A stretch of 60,969 nucleotides of DNA from positions 1 to 60,969 of the forward strand of contig CAZXWS010000039.1 of the NCBI GenBank assembly GCA_964644605.1. Direction: 5' to 3'. Shown piece by piece: positions 1 to 9,028 of the stretch. The translations under genes were made by a program, and so were the position numbers. The notes beneath the pieces are model-generated. The model saw only the letters and a program-made list of their open reading frames with translations. It made no database searches and was not told the origin of the DNA. The first letter of the stretch is position 1. Every line of letters begins with the position of its first letter. This stretch comes from an uncultured Gammaproteobacteria bacterium (GTDB taxonomy: Bacteria; Patescibacteriota; Microgenomatia; UBA1406; GWC2-37-13).

Positions 1-110
1 CCTTACAATACAGCACGAGAAATTGAATGAGTTAGTACTTGTCTATCCAATTTACGGACTTGCAGAGAAAGACTAAGGTGGACCAGGATTTTTACATGTA
101 GATTTTATGA

Positions 111-139
111 GTAGGGAACGGTTTAAAACCGTTCCCTAC
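111..139. repeat. GTAG-headed palindromic hairpin (REP-like): GTAGGGAACGGTTTAAAACCGTTCCCTAC
   Basis: Read directly. The 29 nt are self-complementary around the central base. It shares GTAGGG...CCCTAC ends with the hairpins at 11601 and 19002. Confidence 0.6.
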
Positions 140-204
140 AGACACCTATCTACTTATACCTAAGGTATACATATTATCGTTTATGAATCTGACTATATCT
201 TACA

Positions 205-233
205 CAAAAAAACTCCCGGCTTGGGGCCGGGAG
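205..233 (-). terminator. Rho-independent terminator of the 260..2941 gene
   Basis: Stem CTCCCGGC / GCCGGGAG (213-220 / 226-233) with a 5-nt loop. On the minus strand it is followed by a run of 8 T (205-212). Confidence 0.75.
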
Positions 234-259
234 TAAAAATTCATTGCTGAATTTATAAC

Positions 260-2941
260 TTATTTGTCTGCTAAGACCTGTAAATCTAATGCATTTATTT
301 TGCCATCTGCGTTTACATCACATGCTGCCAGACTTTTGAAAGCTGATCGAGCACAACCTGCATAATTAAGTCTTGTATTTAGCTTCTGTGCAGCTGTTGT
401 TGAGAACATGCTTTTTTTTGCCGCTTCAGGTACATGACCTATACTCGCCGGCTTTAGACCTGTTGTTTCTGAAACCTTCTTGCCGTGAGAGTACAATGTG
501 GTGGTTGCTTTTACATTATTAGCTGCCATTTTACATTTTGGATCTGTTCCTTCAATAACAGCTCCGCTTGCAGTACATTTACCAGTACAACCTGCAGGTA
601 CAGTTACCTCATAATTTTTTCGGAGACCTGTGTTACATTGTGCAAGGTCTCGGTCACTTGGTGCAGGTGCATTTATAGCAGTTACACAAGCATCACATTG
701 GAAGAAGACACAGTTTAATGGTGTGTCTTGGGTCGGTTTATAGACTACTACATTTGATGATGCTGTTCCTGAGTTATTGACCGATGTAGAACCTTCGCAT
801 GCATATGTCTTCGATGTTCCTTTGGGATCTGGCATTACACGGTTTGAATTATTCTCACGAATATTGGAGCAACTATCTGCCCATGAAGCCCAGCAGAATC
901 CTCTATCTTCATTGTAGCTTTGTCCAGCCGGATGTTCTGCCCAATCTAACTGATATGTTTTAGCAGCTGGACATACTGCTGGTTGATTGTTAGGGCATGA
1001 AACATTAAATCCATTCATTGTACATGTTGCCGTACATCCTGGGGGAACTATTTTCTGATCAAATTGTTTGACTGAGACTTGATCATTAGGCGTTCCATTA
1101 TCACCATTGCAAGCAGCATAGTTGGTTACATTACCTCGGTCATCTTTCGCTGTCTGACATTTTCCTGCGGTTGTTAATCCGCATGTTGCTGTTACACATT
1201 GCATAGGCATGCAGTAATCAGTTTTGTTTGTGAAAACAGCTGCTCCCTGTACTGTTCCTCCTGAGTATAAATACCCATTTTCTGGTATTGTAAGGTTGAG
1301 CATAGGAGCTGGTGCTGGGCAACTATCACCCCATGATGAATAACTTGCCCAGGGTGTATCAGGCAAATTGGATGGCGCTCTGTAGCCTCCTGCAAATGTA
1401 AGGTCTATTTGATACGTTTGACCTTTTGGAGCAGGCGTTGCTGTGGGAATAGGTGTGCTAGTTGGCAGCGGACAACTTAAGTTACATGTTCCCACTGTTT
1501 GGATACCTTCTGGGGTACAAGCAACTGAACATCCAGGTGGAACACTTTGATCCTGAGTGTGAGTTGGAGGAGATTTTACACAGATATAATCTGTTTTTGG
1601 TCCGTTCCAGTTAGGAGGATAAACTGCAGTACATACTCCGCCGCAATCATGATAGTCACAGCGTAGAGTCTCGCATTCAGCTGTGGAGTTAGTGTGAACT
1701 AAATTTGTTTTTGTAGAATTTGTACCACAGAACTCATGCGTTTCTACATGTTCCATTATATTGCTGCAACTTTTACTCCATACGCTCCAACATTCAGGAC
1801 TAAATGGTTGATTATTAGAAGAATCAAGTTTATAAAGATCTAATTGATAGTGACTTCCTGGTTGAGTTGGTGTGGGGGAAGGGGGAGTAGTGGGTGTGGG
1901 TGAAGGAGTAACTGAGGGTTGAATAGTGGGAGTGGGTACATTGGGGAAACAAGAATAATCTACCAAGTAGTCTTTTTGTACATTAAGAAAACCATCGTTG
2001 CCTGCTGTCGGGAGAGAACGCATAGCTACCGTTACTTTTTTTCCTACATACTGTTCTAGCTTGTAGTAAGTAAGTAACCGACCAGGAAAATCCCAACATT
2101 GGACATTTCCTCCTACTTGTATTGGTTTATTCAATACCGATTGATTTGCTGTCTGAAATAACCGGGTTCCATTATAATCTACTGTAAAGTATCGTAAAGG
2201 ATCAGCAGGTCGTGGACCATCTTCACACACACGAATATTACATGCATCAGCGGGATTATTTGTCATTGACCATACATAATGAGAAAGTGTTGGAGTAGGT
2301 GTGAATTTAGGTTGGACTGGAGTTGTTGCATTATCACCAACCGGACTGATACAACCATCTACATCAAATTGTGAATAATATACAGTTGCATTTGGATTTT
2401 GTGGATTATCAGTTCTCATTATTTTTACGTGTGTTTTTCCAACTCCAAGCCAAGAAGGACGTTGATATCGGTCAAGTGCGAAACTTGGTGTGTATTTAAT
2501 GACTTGAAGTTCATTAGGATCAATGGGTGTACTTGCTCCTGTTGGTGCATAGGGATTCCATCGGATTATTCCGCTTTTTCGAGTACTTGCAATTACGCCT
2601 AGGGAAGCAGTGACATTGTTGCCCCTGTCATCAAATAAATTTACCCAGAATGTGGGCTGTCCATAATTTACATTTACTTGAACCATACATTTTTCAGTGT
2701 AATAGGAAATATCTCCAGTAATACCCGACTCTTGTTGAGGTCCTGGTGGAACGGGTGATGTGTTGAGGGGCTGAAGAGCTGCAGCAGGATTTACAGCTTG
2801 AGCATTTGATTGAGTTGTTTGTGGAGATGAGGGAATTAATGATCCCAACACTGTTCCAAGTGTTACGACAGCGAGCGAAGCAAGCATAATAAGAGTTGCT
2901 ACCTCACCCCTTTTTGTACAGTATGTTTTTTTTATATTCAT
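260..2941 (-). CDS. Large secreted or anchored modular Cys-rich protein with a C-terminal dockerin-like Ca-binding loop
   Basis: 893-aa ORF with an N-terminal hydrophobic segment and Pro/Thr linkers. Three ~130-145 aa Cys-rich modules each open with (H/T)YQ(L/I)D and close with VP(P/A)GC..C. The C-terminus carries DVNADGKINALDLQVL. Confidence 0.75.
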   Translation of the reverse strand: MNIKKTYCTKRGEVATLIMLASLAVVTLGTVLGSLIPSSPQTTQSNAQAVNPAAALQPLNTSPVPPGPQQESGITGDISYYTEKCMVQVNVNYGQPTFWVNLFDDRGNNVTASLGVIASTRKSGIIRWNPYAPTGASTPIDPNELQVIKYTPSFALDRYQRPSWLGVGKTHVKIMRTDNPQNPNATVYYSQFDVDGCISPVGDNATTPVQPKFTPTPTLSHYVWSMTNNPADACNIRVCEDGPRPADPLRYFTVDYNGTRLFQTANQSVLNKPIQVGGNVQCWDFPGRLLTYYKLEQYVGKKVTVAMRSLPTAGNDGFLNVQKDYLVDYSCFPNVPTPTIQPSVTPSPTPTTPPSPTPTQPGSHYQLDLYKLDSSNNQPFSPECWSVWSKSCSNIMEHVETHEFCGTNSTKTNLVHTNSTAECETLRCDYHDCGGVCTAVYPPNWNGPKTDYICVKSPPTHTQDQSVPPGCSVACTPEGIQTVGTCNLSCPLPTSTPIPTATPAPKGQTYQIDLTFAGGYRAPSNLPDTPWASYSSWGDSCPAPAPMLNLTIPENGYLYSGGTVQGAAVFTNKTDYCMPMQCVTATCGLTTAGKCQTAKDDRGNVTNYAACNGDNGTPNDQVSVKQFDQKIVPPGCTATCTMNGFNVSCPNNQPAVCPAAKTYQLDWAEHPAGQSYNEDRGFCWASWADSCSNIRENNSNRVMPDPKGTSKTYACEGSTSVNNSGTASSNVVVYKPTQDTPLNCVFFQCDACVTAINAPAPSDRDLAQCNTGLRKNYEVTVPAGCTGKCTASGAVIEGTDPKCKMAANNVKATTTLYSHGKKVSETTGLKPASIGHVPEAAKKSMFSTTAAQKLNTRLNYAGCARSAFKSLAACDVNADGKINALDLQVLADK

Positions 2942-2959
2942 AGTAGTAAATCTAAATAA

Positions 2960-3556
2960 TTAATTTGAAGAACTTGTAAATGTGCCGGCAAAGGTTTGAC
3001 CAAGCATATTATTACCTCCGACAGCTACAATATTCGCATCTGTATCTTTTGAGAATGAAATCGTAAAGGGGTTAACAGTTGGTAATTTAGTCATTTTAAA
3101 TGTGAATAATGTATCTTTACACACACCTGAGGTGTTAGAGGGTGGGACGGATACTGTAACAGTTAAGACTTTGTTCATTGGATTAGTTGTGGTTGACTGA
3201 TTTGCAACTACACAGCTTCCAGATCCTTGAACTCCGCCTACTTCAGCATCAACAGGCAATAATAATGTGGTAGTAACTGCTTTTGCTTGCCCATCGAGTT
3301 TCACATTAAAAGTACTACCTATTCTTACTAAATTGTCTTTTCCATCAGTTGTCACTGCTAAATCAAAATTATTATTACTTACTTGTAACGTACTATCCGT
3401 ATATGCCTTGGATTTAGATGTTAATTTGTTCTTAGTAAGGAGAGTGGAACTTACATAGAAACTGCAAAGAAGAAGTGCTACAAGAAATAGTGCTAATAAA
3501 ACTTTGGTTTGAGCATCAAGCCGTTTAAGTTGCTTGAGTTGAGTAGTTAGATTCAT
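2960..3556 (-). CDS. Small membrane-anchored beta-rich protein, possibly cohesin-like
   Basis: 198-aa ORF with an N-terminal TM helix (VLLALFLVALLLCSFYV) and a Thr/Val-rich body ending ISFSKDTDANIVAVGGNNMLGQTFAGTFT. It lies immediately upstream (18-nt gap) of the dockerin-tailed gene on the same strand. The cohesin call is a by-eye resemblance only. Confidence 0.55.
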   Translation of the reverse strand: MNLTTQLKQLKRLDAQTKVLLALFLVALLLCSFYVSSTLLTKNKLTSKSKAYTDSTLQVSNNNFDLAVTTDGKDNLVRIGSTFNVKLDGQAKAVTTTLLLPVDAEVGGVQGSGSCVVANQSTTTNPMNKVLTVTVSVPPSNTSGVCKDTLFTFKMTKLPTVNPFTISFSKDTDANIVAVGGNNMLGQTFAGTFTSSSN

Positions 3557-3909
3557 ACAAATAGGATTTGACTTTTAATGTGATTTCATTTTAGAGATAA
3601 ACGAAATCAGTTGTCAAGTCCATTTATATGTGGTTTTTAGATATATTATGAAGTTTAGAGGAAATGACTATGTTTGTTTCGATAACATCCAGGAAATAAA
3701 TAATGCTCAATTTAATAATTAAGGCGTAAGTATAGGTAATCAATTCGTAATGTACGGCATTCCTTTAAGAAATGTATTGCTTTGAAAAATTGAAGAAAAC
3801 AAAGGGGCTATATATCATGTACCACACCGTCCGTTCTATTTAAAATATAGTTTATTGCCTTCTGTAAGGCTTCTGTCATAGATGTGGACTATAATTATAC
3901 AATTAATAT

Positions 3910-4143
3910 ATGATAACCGTTCACGATTTATCAAAAAAATTTTCTGATGAAGTATTAACTCATCTTAACTTTAGTATAGAAGATAATGAAATAGTTGGAC
4001 TCGTGGGTGGAAATGGTGCCGGAAGATCTACACTTTTACAAATTATTGCAGGTGAATTGAAACCTGATACAGGTGTAGTTAATTTATACAGATTATATGA
4101 TCTATTACAATCATTTACGCTATCATCAAGGTATTCAACGTAA
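3910..4143 (+). pseudogene. N-terminal remnant of an ABC(-F type) ATPase
   Basis: Walker A motif GGNGAGRSTLLQIIAGELKPDTG, then the reading frame degenerates and stops after 77 aa. No Q-loop, signature or Walker B follows. Confidence 0.6.
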
Positions 4144-4276
4144 ACCAATTCAATCATTACTAATTCCGTCATCGAATAGCTGAACATGTACAAGAATGAC
4201 GACGAATTGCATACGCTATACTTAATGGGAGCACGCCATAATGACGAAGTTTTGATTTTTTAAGTCACCTCACAAT

Positions 4277-4299
4277 AAAAAAAGGCGGCTTGCGCCGCC
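4277..4299 (-). terminator. Rho-independent terminator of 4320..5060
   Basis: Stem GGCGGC-TTGC-GCCGCC (4284-4299). On the minus strand it is followed by a T-run (4277-4283). Confidence 0.75.
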
Positions 4300-4319
4300 T
4301 TTAAATTAAAACAAAAGTG

Positions 4320-5060
4320 TTACTTAGTAGATGTTGGCAGTGCAGGTAACGAATAATCTTTTACTTCATTAACTTGTATTATCGTATTATTTTTGTTGTC
4401 CCACATTCCTCTTACTCGTATACGATGTCCTGTTTTTAAATCAGTTTGAGTAAGTGTACCACCTTTTCTATCAGTGAATTTGGTGGATGAAGAAAGAGTT
4501 ACGGTTTGAGTTCCGCGTGCCTCAGTTTTCAATACTAGAGTATTTCCAGTGATAGAGGTTATATCTCCTACAAACACACCGAATCGTTTCATGATTGATG
4601 TGTCACGTATCATTGTCGCTTGAATGGTAGTACGTGCGGTGTCAGTATATTTACCGTATATATTTACTTTATCGTTTACTGAAATTTCAGCTAAGGACGA
4701 ACTACCCCAAAAATGGCGGCGAAACTTTGTTTTACTATCAGTGTTTACTATGATATTTTTACCTGCTGAGTTTATGGTTAGAGATGTACCATTAATGGCA
4801 GTTACTGTGCCGCTCAAAACACGGGCAAAGGTATTCACAAAAGTATCCTTGAGATCTTTGACTTTTTGCAAAAGATCTTTTTTGTCATTTTTAATGTCAT
4901 CCCGTTCCAGTTTTATGGTGGTTCTTAAATTCTGTACGTCTTGTCTCCATTCTTTTTTAAATTTTGTAGGACTTGGAGTCCCTTCTTCCGCATGTATAGG
5001 TTGTAAAAGAGGGTAGATAACGAGTAAAGAAATCGCGACTATAAAAAGTTTATTTTTCAT
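4320..5060 (-). CDS. Secreted protein with a coiled-coil segment and two DUF5666-like beta repeats
   Basis: Signal peptide MKNKLFIVAISLLVIYPLLQPIHA. Repeats of the form G.VT.I.G..L.......V.V...TKF......L.....G..V.V.G. It is a paralogue of 15281..16015. Confidence 0.6.
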   Translation of the reverse strand: MKNKLFIVAISLLVIYPLLQPIHAEEGTPSPTKFKKEWRQDVQNLRTTIKLERDDIKNDKKDLLQKVKDLKDTFVNTFARVLSGTVTAINGTSLTINSAGKNIIVNTDSKTKFRRHFWGSSSLAEISVNDKVNIYGKYTDTARTTIQATMIRDTSIMKRFGVFVGDITSITGNTLVLKTEARGTQTVTLSSSTKFTDRKGGTLTQTDLKTGHRIRVRGMWDNKNNTIIQVNEVKDYSLPALPTSTK

Positions 5061-5118
5061 ACTTTTAATAAATAATTAGTAATCTATAACTATATATGCA
5101 TCAGAATTAAAAAAAGTT

Positions 5119-5571
5119 TCACTGAACCTGGTAGGTAACGGTGATATCTTTTTCAGCAGTTTTGCCGAATTCGTTTACAGCCACAACAGTGATAATATTT
5201 TCTCCTTCATCAAGATTTATAGAAGTTGAAAAATTTCCTTGTGTGTCTGCTTTTAAGTCTTTTTCGTTGATGCTTATATCCGCATTGGGCACAGATTTAC
5301 CGCTCACTCTAATTGAACCTGTCTTTACTGTTTGGTTGGCTTGGGGATGTGAAACGGTGAGAGTAATGCCGGACCCTGTTGTAATGGCCAATTCAGTCGG
5401 TGTGCCGGTGCTGAGAGAAGTGGTTGTGGTCGTCTGTGTGTTACTATCAGAATTTTGGTATAAATTTACTACTCCTGTCTTTGGTAAAAGTGTCTTTTTA
5501 TTAAGTAAACGTATCCCTCCTGCTAAAACTATTAATATAACGATAACGCCAAAAATAAGTTCTTTTTTCAT
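5119..5571 (-). CDS. Membrane-anchored Ig-like-fold protein
   Basis: N-terminal TM (MKKELIFGVIVILIVLAGG), a Thr-rich linker, then a beta domain ITLTVSHP..IRVSGKS..NFSTSINLDEGENIITVVA. I prefer the start at ATG 5571 over the track start at 5601. It is a paralogue of 14856..15284. Confidence 0.6.
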   Translation of the reverse strand: MKKELIFGVIVILIVLAGGIRLLNKKTLLPKTGVVNLYQNSDSNTQTTTTTSLSTGTPTELAITTGSGITLTVSHPQANQTVKTGSIRVSGKSVPNADISINEKDLKADTQGNFSTSINLDEGENIITVVAVNEFGKTAEKDITVTYQVQ

Positions 5572-5585
5572 ACAAGTATTAATTT

Positions 5586-5981
5586 TTAACGGTGTGACCA
5601 ATAGTTGAATATCGATCTGATTTTATTTTTGATTTTATTAAAGTTGCTGTATGTTTTGATGATTAAATATAAAAACAGTATTCCGCAAACTAACATCGGC
5701 ACCAACAATATTTTAGGTGTCTCATCATAAATAGTTATGCAAATATCGAGTAAATAGTTTCGAATAACACTGATATCTTCATTAAAAATTTGCAGTAAAT
5801 CAAATGTTCTCTGGAGTGTATACACTTCGTAGAGCCATAGACATAATATAAGGAGTACCGTCAATAGGAGGATACTGATCGTGACACGAATAATAATATC
5901 CATCAGCGTTCGTTTGGTCTCGATTTTATATACTTCTCTTATTATTTTATCTTCAAGTTTGTGCATCGCCTGTGTTTGCAA
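5586..5981 (-). CDS. Small multi-TM protein, putative anti-sigma partner
   Basis: 131-aa ORF with hydrophobic helices. It overlaps the 3' end of the ECF sigma gene on the same strand. The function is inferred from position only. Confidence 0.4.
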   Translation of the reverse strand: MQTQAMHKLEDKIIREVYKIETKRTLMDIIIRVTISILLLTVLLILCLWLYEVYTLQRTFDLLQIFNEDISVIRNYLLDICITIYDETPKILLVPMLVCGILFLYLIIKTYSNFNKIKNKIRSIFNYWSHR

Positions 5982-6465
5982 CTGCTAATCGAAGCCGACG
6001 TATAATAGTTTTAATCGTATTCTCAGGTTTATGTAATGCATCCCCAATTTCTTTATACGTATATCCTTCGTACAACAATTGTATGATTTTTTTTTGTTCC
6101 GGATCGAGTACATTTATTAGTTCTTCATAATTATCTAAAACATCATGATCTTCGAGATCTTGTAGTTCGATATCTTCGTTCAGTGATACAGCTTGTTTAT
6201 GGGCTCGAAAATACATTTTAAGTTCATTTTTCGCTATTTGATATAAATAGGGAAGTACGGGTCGTGTATGATCGAAGCGATAGAGTGATTTATAAAAATT
6301 AATAAAAGTATTTTGCACTATGTCGTCGGTGTCGTCTTTTATGAATAGTTTATGAGAAATAAAACGTTTGATAACCGTAGTATATTTTCTGACGAGTACT
6401 GAAAAGTAGTTTATTTCGCCGTTTTTGATTTTTAGTATGGCTTCCGCATCGGTTAGAGTTTCCAT
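5953..6465 (-). CDS. ECF-type sigma-70 family RNA polymerase sigma factor
   Basis: Region 2-like DIVQNTFINFYKSLYRFD and region 4 HTH LLYEGYTYKEIGDALHKPENTIKTIIRRLR. Confidence 0.8.
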   Translation of the reverse strand: METLTDAEAILKIKNGEINYFSVLVRKYTTVIKRFISHKLFIKDDTDDIVQNTFINFYKSLYRFDHTRPVLPYLYQIAKNELKMYFRAHKQAVSLNEDIELQDLEDHDVLDNYEELINVLDPEQKKIIQLLYEGYTYKEIGDALHKPENTIKTIIRRLRLAVANTGDAQT

Positions 6466-6544
6466 ATACTCTGAATGAGTGTATGTATTATACTAGAATA
6501 GCATAAGTGTTTATAAGTTAAACAGCGTAAGGAGGTGATTGAGT

Positions 6545-6730
6545 ATGTGCTATAACTGTGGATGCGGAATGCCGGATAATGATATGGGTAAAGGGCATGC
6601 TGGAGTCGATCCAGAAGGTAAGTCAATTACTACAAAAACAATCCAAGCAGCGGCAGAAGCATTTGATATGGATGCGAAAACAGTCATGCAGAATATGGAT
6701 GAACTGCTTCATCAGGAAATGAACAAGTAA
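6545..6730 (+). CDS. Small protein with an N-terminal CxxCxC motif (possible metal binding)
   Basis: MCYNCGCGMPDNDMGKGH... AAGGAGG (6529-6535) lies 9 nt upstream of ATG 6545. The family was not recognised. Confidence 0.6.
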   Translation: MCYNCGCGMPDNDMGKGHAGVDPEGKSITTKTIQAAAEAFDMDAKTVMQNMDELLHQEMNK

Positions 6731-6734
6731 AAAA

Positions 6735-7157
6735 TTGCATATAAATTATTTTAAATTTATGAAAGGTTATAAGAATAATATTGAACAATTAACAGTAGCG
6801 AATAATAATTTCAGAACTGTTTTATATACAGGTAAACACTCACAATTAGTATTGATGTCCCTTAAACCAAGTGAGGAGATTGGTATGGAGGTGCATCCGG
6901 ACAATGACCAGTTTTTTCGATTTGAAAAAGGTACTGGTAAGGTAGTGATTGATGGAAATGAGTATGATGTCCGCGATGGTGATGCTGTCGTAATACCAGC
7001 AGGCGCAGAACACAATGTCACAAATACTTCATCAACCGAGGAGTTGAAAATGTACACCATTTATTCTCCAGCTCATCACAAGGATGGTGTAGTAAGAACA
7101 ACTAAACAGGAAGCTGAAGCAGATTCACCCGAATTTGACGGTAAAACAACAGAATAA
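6735..7157 (+). CDS. Cupin-domain protein
   Basis: Cupin motifs MEVHPDNDQFFRFEKGTGKV...GDAVVIPAGAEHNVTN. The true start may be the internal ATG at 6759. Confidence 0.75.
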   Translation: MHINYFKFMKGYKNNIEQLTVANNNFRTVLYTGKHSQLVLMSLKPSEEIGMEVHPDNDQFFRFEKGTGKVVIDGNEYDVRDGDAVVIPAGAEHNVTNTSSTEELKMYTIYSPAHHKDGVVRTTKQEAEADSPEFDGKTTE

Positions 7158-7180
7158 ATTTATCAGTTAGTTTTTTATGT

Positions 7181-7663
7181 ATGAAAGAACGTCATACTGT
7201 GATTCCACGTACTATGTGTTTTGTTTTTTATGGTGATGAAGTACTTATTATGAAAGCTAGTGAGAAAAAGGATTGGGCAGGTATCTACAATCCACTCGGC
7301 GGACATATAGAAAAAGGAGAAGATATATTACAAAACGCAGAGAGAGAAATTCTAGAAGAAAGCGGTCTAACAGTCCATGATACGAAGTTATGTGGAATCT
7401 TACATGTCACCAACTTCTACGGTAAAAATATTATGATGTTTATCACAACAAGTAAATCAGATTCGAAAAAAGTTATATCTTCAGATGAGGGTACACTCGA
7501 GTGGATAAGAGTTTCTGAAATTGATGCAATCAACAGTCATACTGATCTTAAGCCAATTCTTGAACGTGTACTTTCAAGTACTGGAGTTTTTACAGGCGTT
7601 TCGGAATTCGATGACAACAATCAACTTCTCAAATTAGATTTCTATCCACGGACGGATAAATAA
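7181..7663 (+). CDS. NUDIX hydrolase
   Basis: Nudix box GGHIEKGEDILQNAEREILEESGL. Confidence 0.8.
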   Translation: MKERHTVIPRTMCFVFYGDEVLIMKASEKKDWAGIYNPLGGHIEKGEDILQNAEREILEESGLTVHDTKLCGILHVTNFYGKNIMMFITTSKSDSKKVISSDEGTLEWIRVSEIDAINSHTDLKPILERVLSSTGVFTGVSEFDDNNQLLKLDFYPRTDK

Positions 7664-7671
7664 ACGCAGGT

Positions 7672-8343
7672 ATGAGCATTAGAAATAAAAAATTATTGCA
7701 ACAATTATTTATTGCGTTTGTATTCGCAGTGATTATTGTGGGATCAATTTATTCCCTTACTGAACTGCAAGAATCTGCTCATTTTAATGCTCGAACATTG
7801 TACCAATGGATTTCTTATTTTGGTCCGTTTTCTGCTCTAGTGTATGTGATTGTTATGGTGTTCTCTGTTATTACTCCAGTACCAGATTCCCTCGTATATA
7901 TTGCGGGTGGATATCTATTTGGTGCAGTTTTAGGTACTGTTTTATCATTGATTGGATTTATTATCGGAACTTCTATCGATTTCTGGTTTGCACGAAGGTT
8001 GGGACGTAAATATATCACACGGAAATTTCCCAACTATAGTCATCTCATTGATTCGTATTCCAAAAAGATAGGCTGGCAAAGTATTGTTATCATGCGCATA
8101 ATCCCTAGCCTCTCTTTTGATTTTATCGCGTACCTAGCAGGTATTTCATCGATTTCATTTAGAACATACTTACTCGCAAATATTTTAGGTGCATTTCCTT
8201 TGGCGTTGTTTGAAGTATTGCTGGGTAAAAGTCTTCATACCTCTTCCACTATTTACAAGATAGTGTTCATTATTTTCATCATTGTAATAATGGTAGCGGT
8301 AACTTCATATAAACATCTGCGTAAAAAAACAGAACATTTATAA
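7672..8343 (+). CDS. TVP38/TMEM64 (DedA/SNARE-associated) family membrane protein
   Basis: Multi-TM protein with PVPDSLVYIAGGYLFG and FWFARRLGRKYI motifs typical of the family. Confidence 0.7.
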   Translation: MSIRNKKLLQQLFIAFVFAVIIVGSIYSLTELQESAHFNARTLYQWISYFGPFSALVYVIVMVFSVITPVPDSLVYIAGGYLFGAVLGTVLSLIGFIIGTSIDFWFARRLGRKYITRKFPNYSHLIDSYSKKIGWQSIVIMRIIPSLSFDFIAYLAGISSISFRTYLLANILGAFPLALFEVLLGKSLHTSSTIYKIVFIIFIIVIMVAVTSYKHLRKKTEHL

Positions 8344-8472
8344 TGAATAAGCTTATTCAACTCTTACGAAACACATATCCTGATTTTATATTGCTTCAAT
8401 AGAATAATATATTCATACATTTTTCGCAGCTGTAAAAATGTAATTAAAAATTCTTTTCAAGAGTTTATTCTT

Positions 8473-8967
8473 ATGAGAAATAAAAAAATAATTCAAAAAT
8501 GTACCCAGCTTGCAACGGTAACTGCTCTATTTTTTATTTTATTTTTGGTGAGTGGTAGGTCGAGTCAGACTAATGCACAAATGACTAATCAGAATGCTAG
8601 TGTTTATCCGCGAATAGTGCATGGTATGGCACCACAGGTTCGCAGCGGCGAAGATATGCGTAATGTCGAGACCGATCAAACGACAGGTGTTACCGTGTAT
8701 GCCCAAAATGTTAGTCCTGTTGCGTTTGAAACTACAATTTGCGCACAGCAATGGACAAATGGCCATATGTATCATCTAGGTTGTGTACCGACTGCACCAT
8801 TTAAGAATGGCGGTGAGGGAGTAAGTAGATTTGACTTTAATGTCTGGCCAGTTGCCAATAAGCCAGGATCGCATTCTATGGTGTTTACCTACAGAGATCT
8901 TCAAGGAAATTGGAGAGAAATTTTATCACCGCAGTATCGAATACAGAACACTGCTATTCAAACATAA
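8473..8967 (+). CDS. Secreted hypothetical protein
   Basis: 164-aa ORF with a signal-like N-terminus. No recognisable domain. Confidence 0.5.
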   Translation: MRNKKIIQKCTQLATVTALFFILFLVSGRSSQTNAQMTNQNASVYPRIVHGMAPQVRSGEDMRNVETDQTTGVTVYAQNVSPVAFETTICAQQWTNGHMYHLGCVPTAPFKNGGEGVSRFDFNVWPVANKPGSHSMVFTYRDLQGNWREILSPQYRIQNTAIQT

Positions 8968-8992
8968 TTTTATAGTGTAATACAAACGATAG

Positions 8993-9015
8993 CCCCGCTT
9001 CGCGGGGTTTTTTTT
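8993..9015 (+). terminator. Rho-independent terminator
   Basis: Stem CCCCGC-TTC-GCGGGG followed by TTTTTTTT. Confidence 0.8.
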
Positions 9016-9028
9016 GTTAAAATATAGT

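Noticed and set aside
155-169. 7-1-7 perfect palindrome TATACCT-A-AGGTATA as a possible operator site.
   Set aside because: It is a single occurrence in AT-rich DNA, downstream of a terminator, with no adjacent regulator or promoter context inside the window.
4064-5490. Shared peptide TGVVNLY in the ABC remnant (3910..4143) and in the Ig-like protein (5119..5571) as evidence of recombination.
   Set aside because: Only seven residues are shared, with different underlying nucleotide sequences on opposite strands. This is most likely coincidence.
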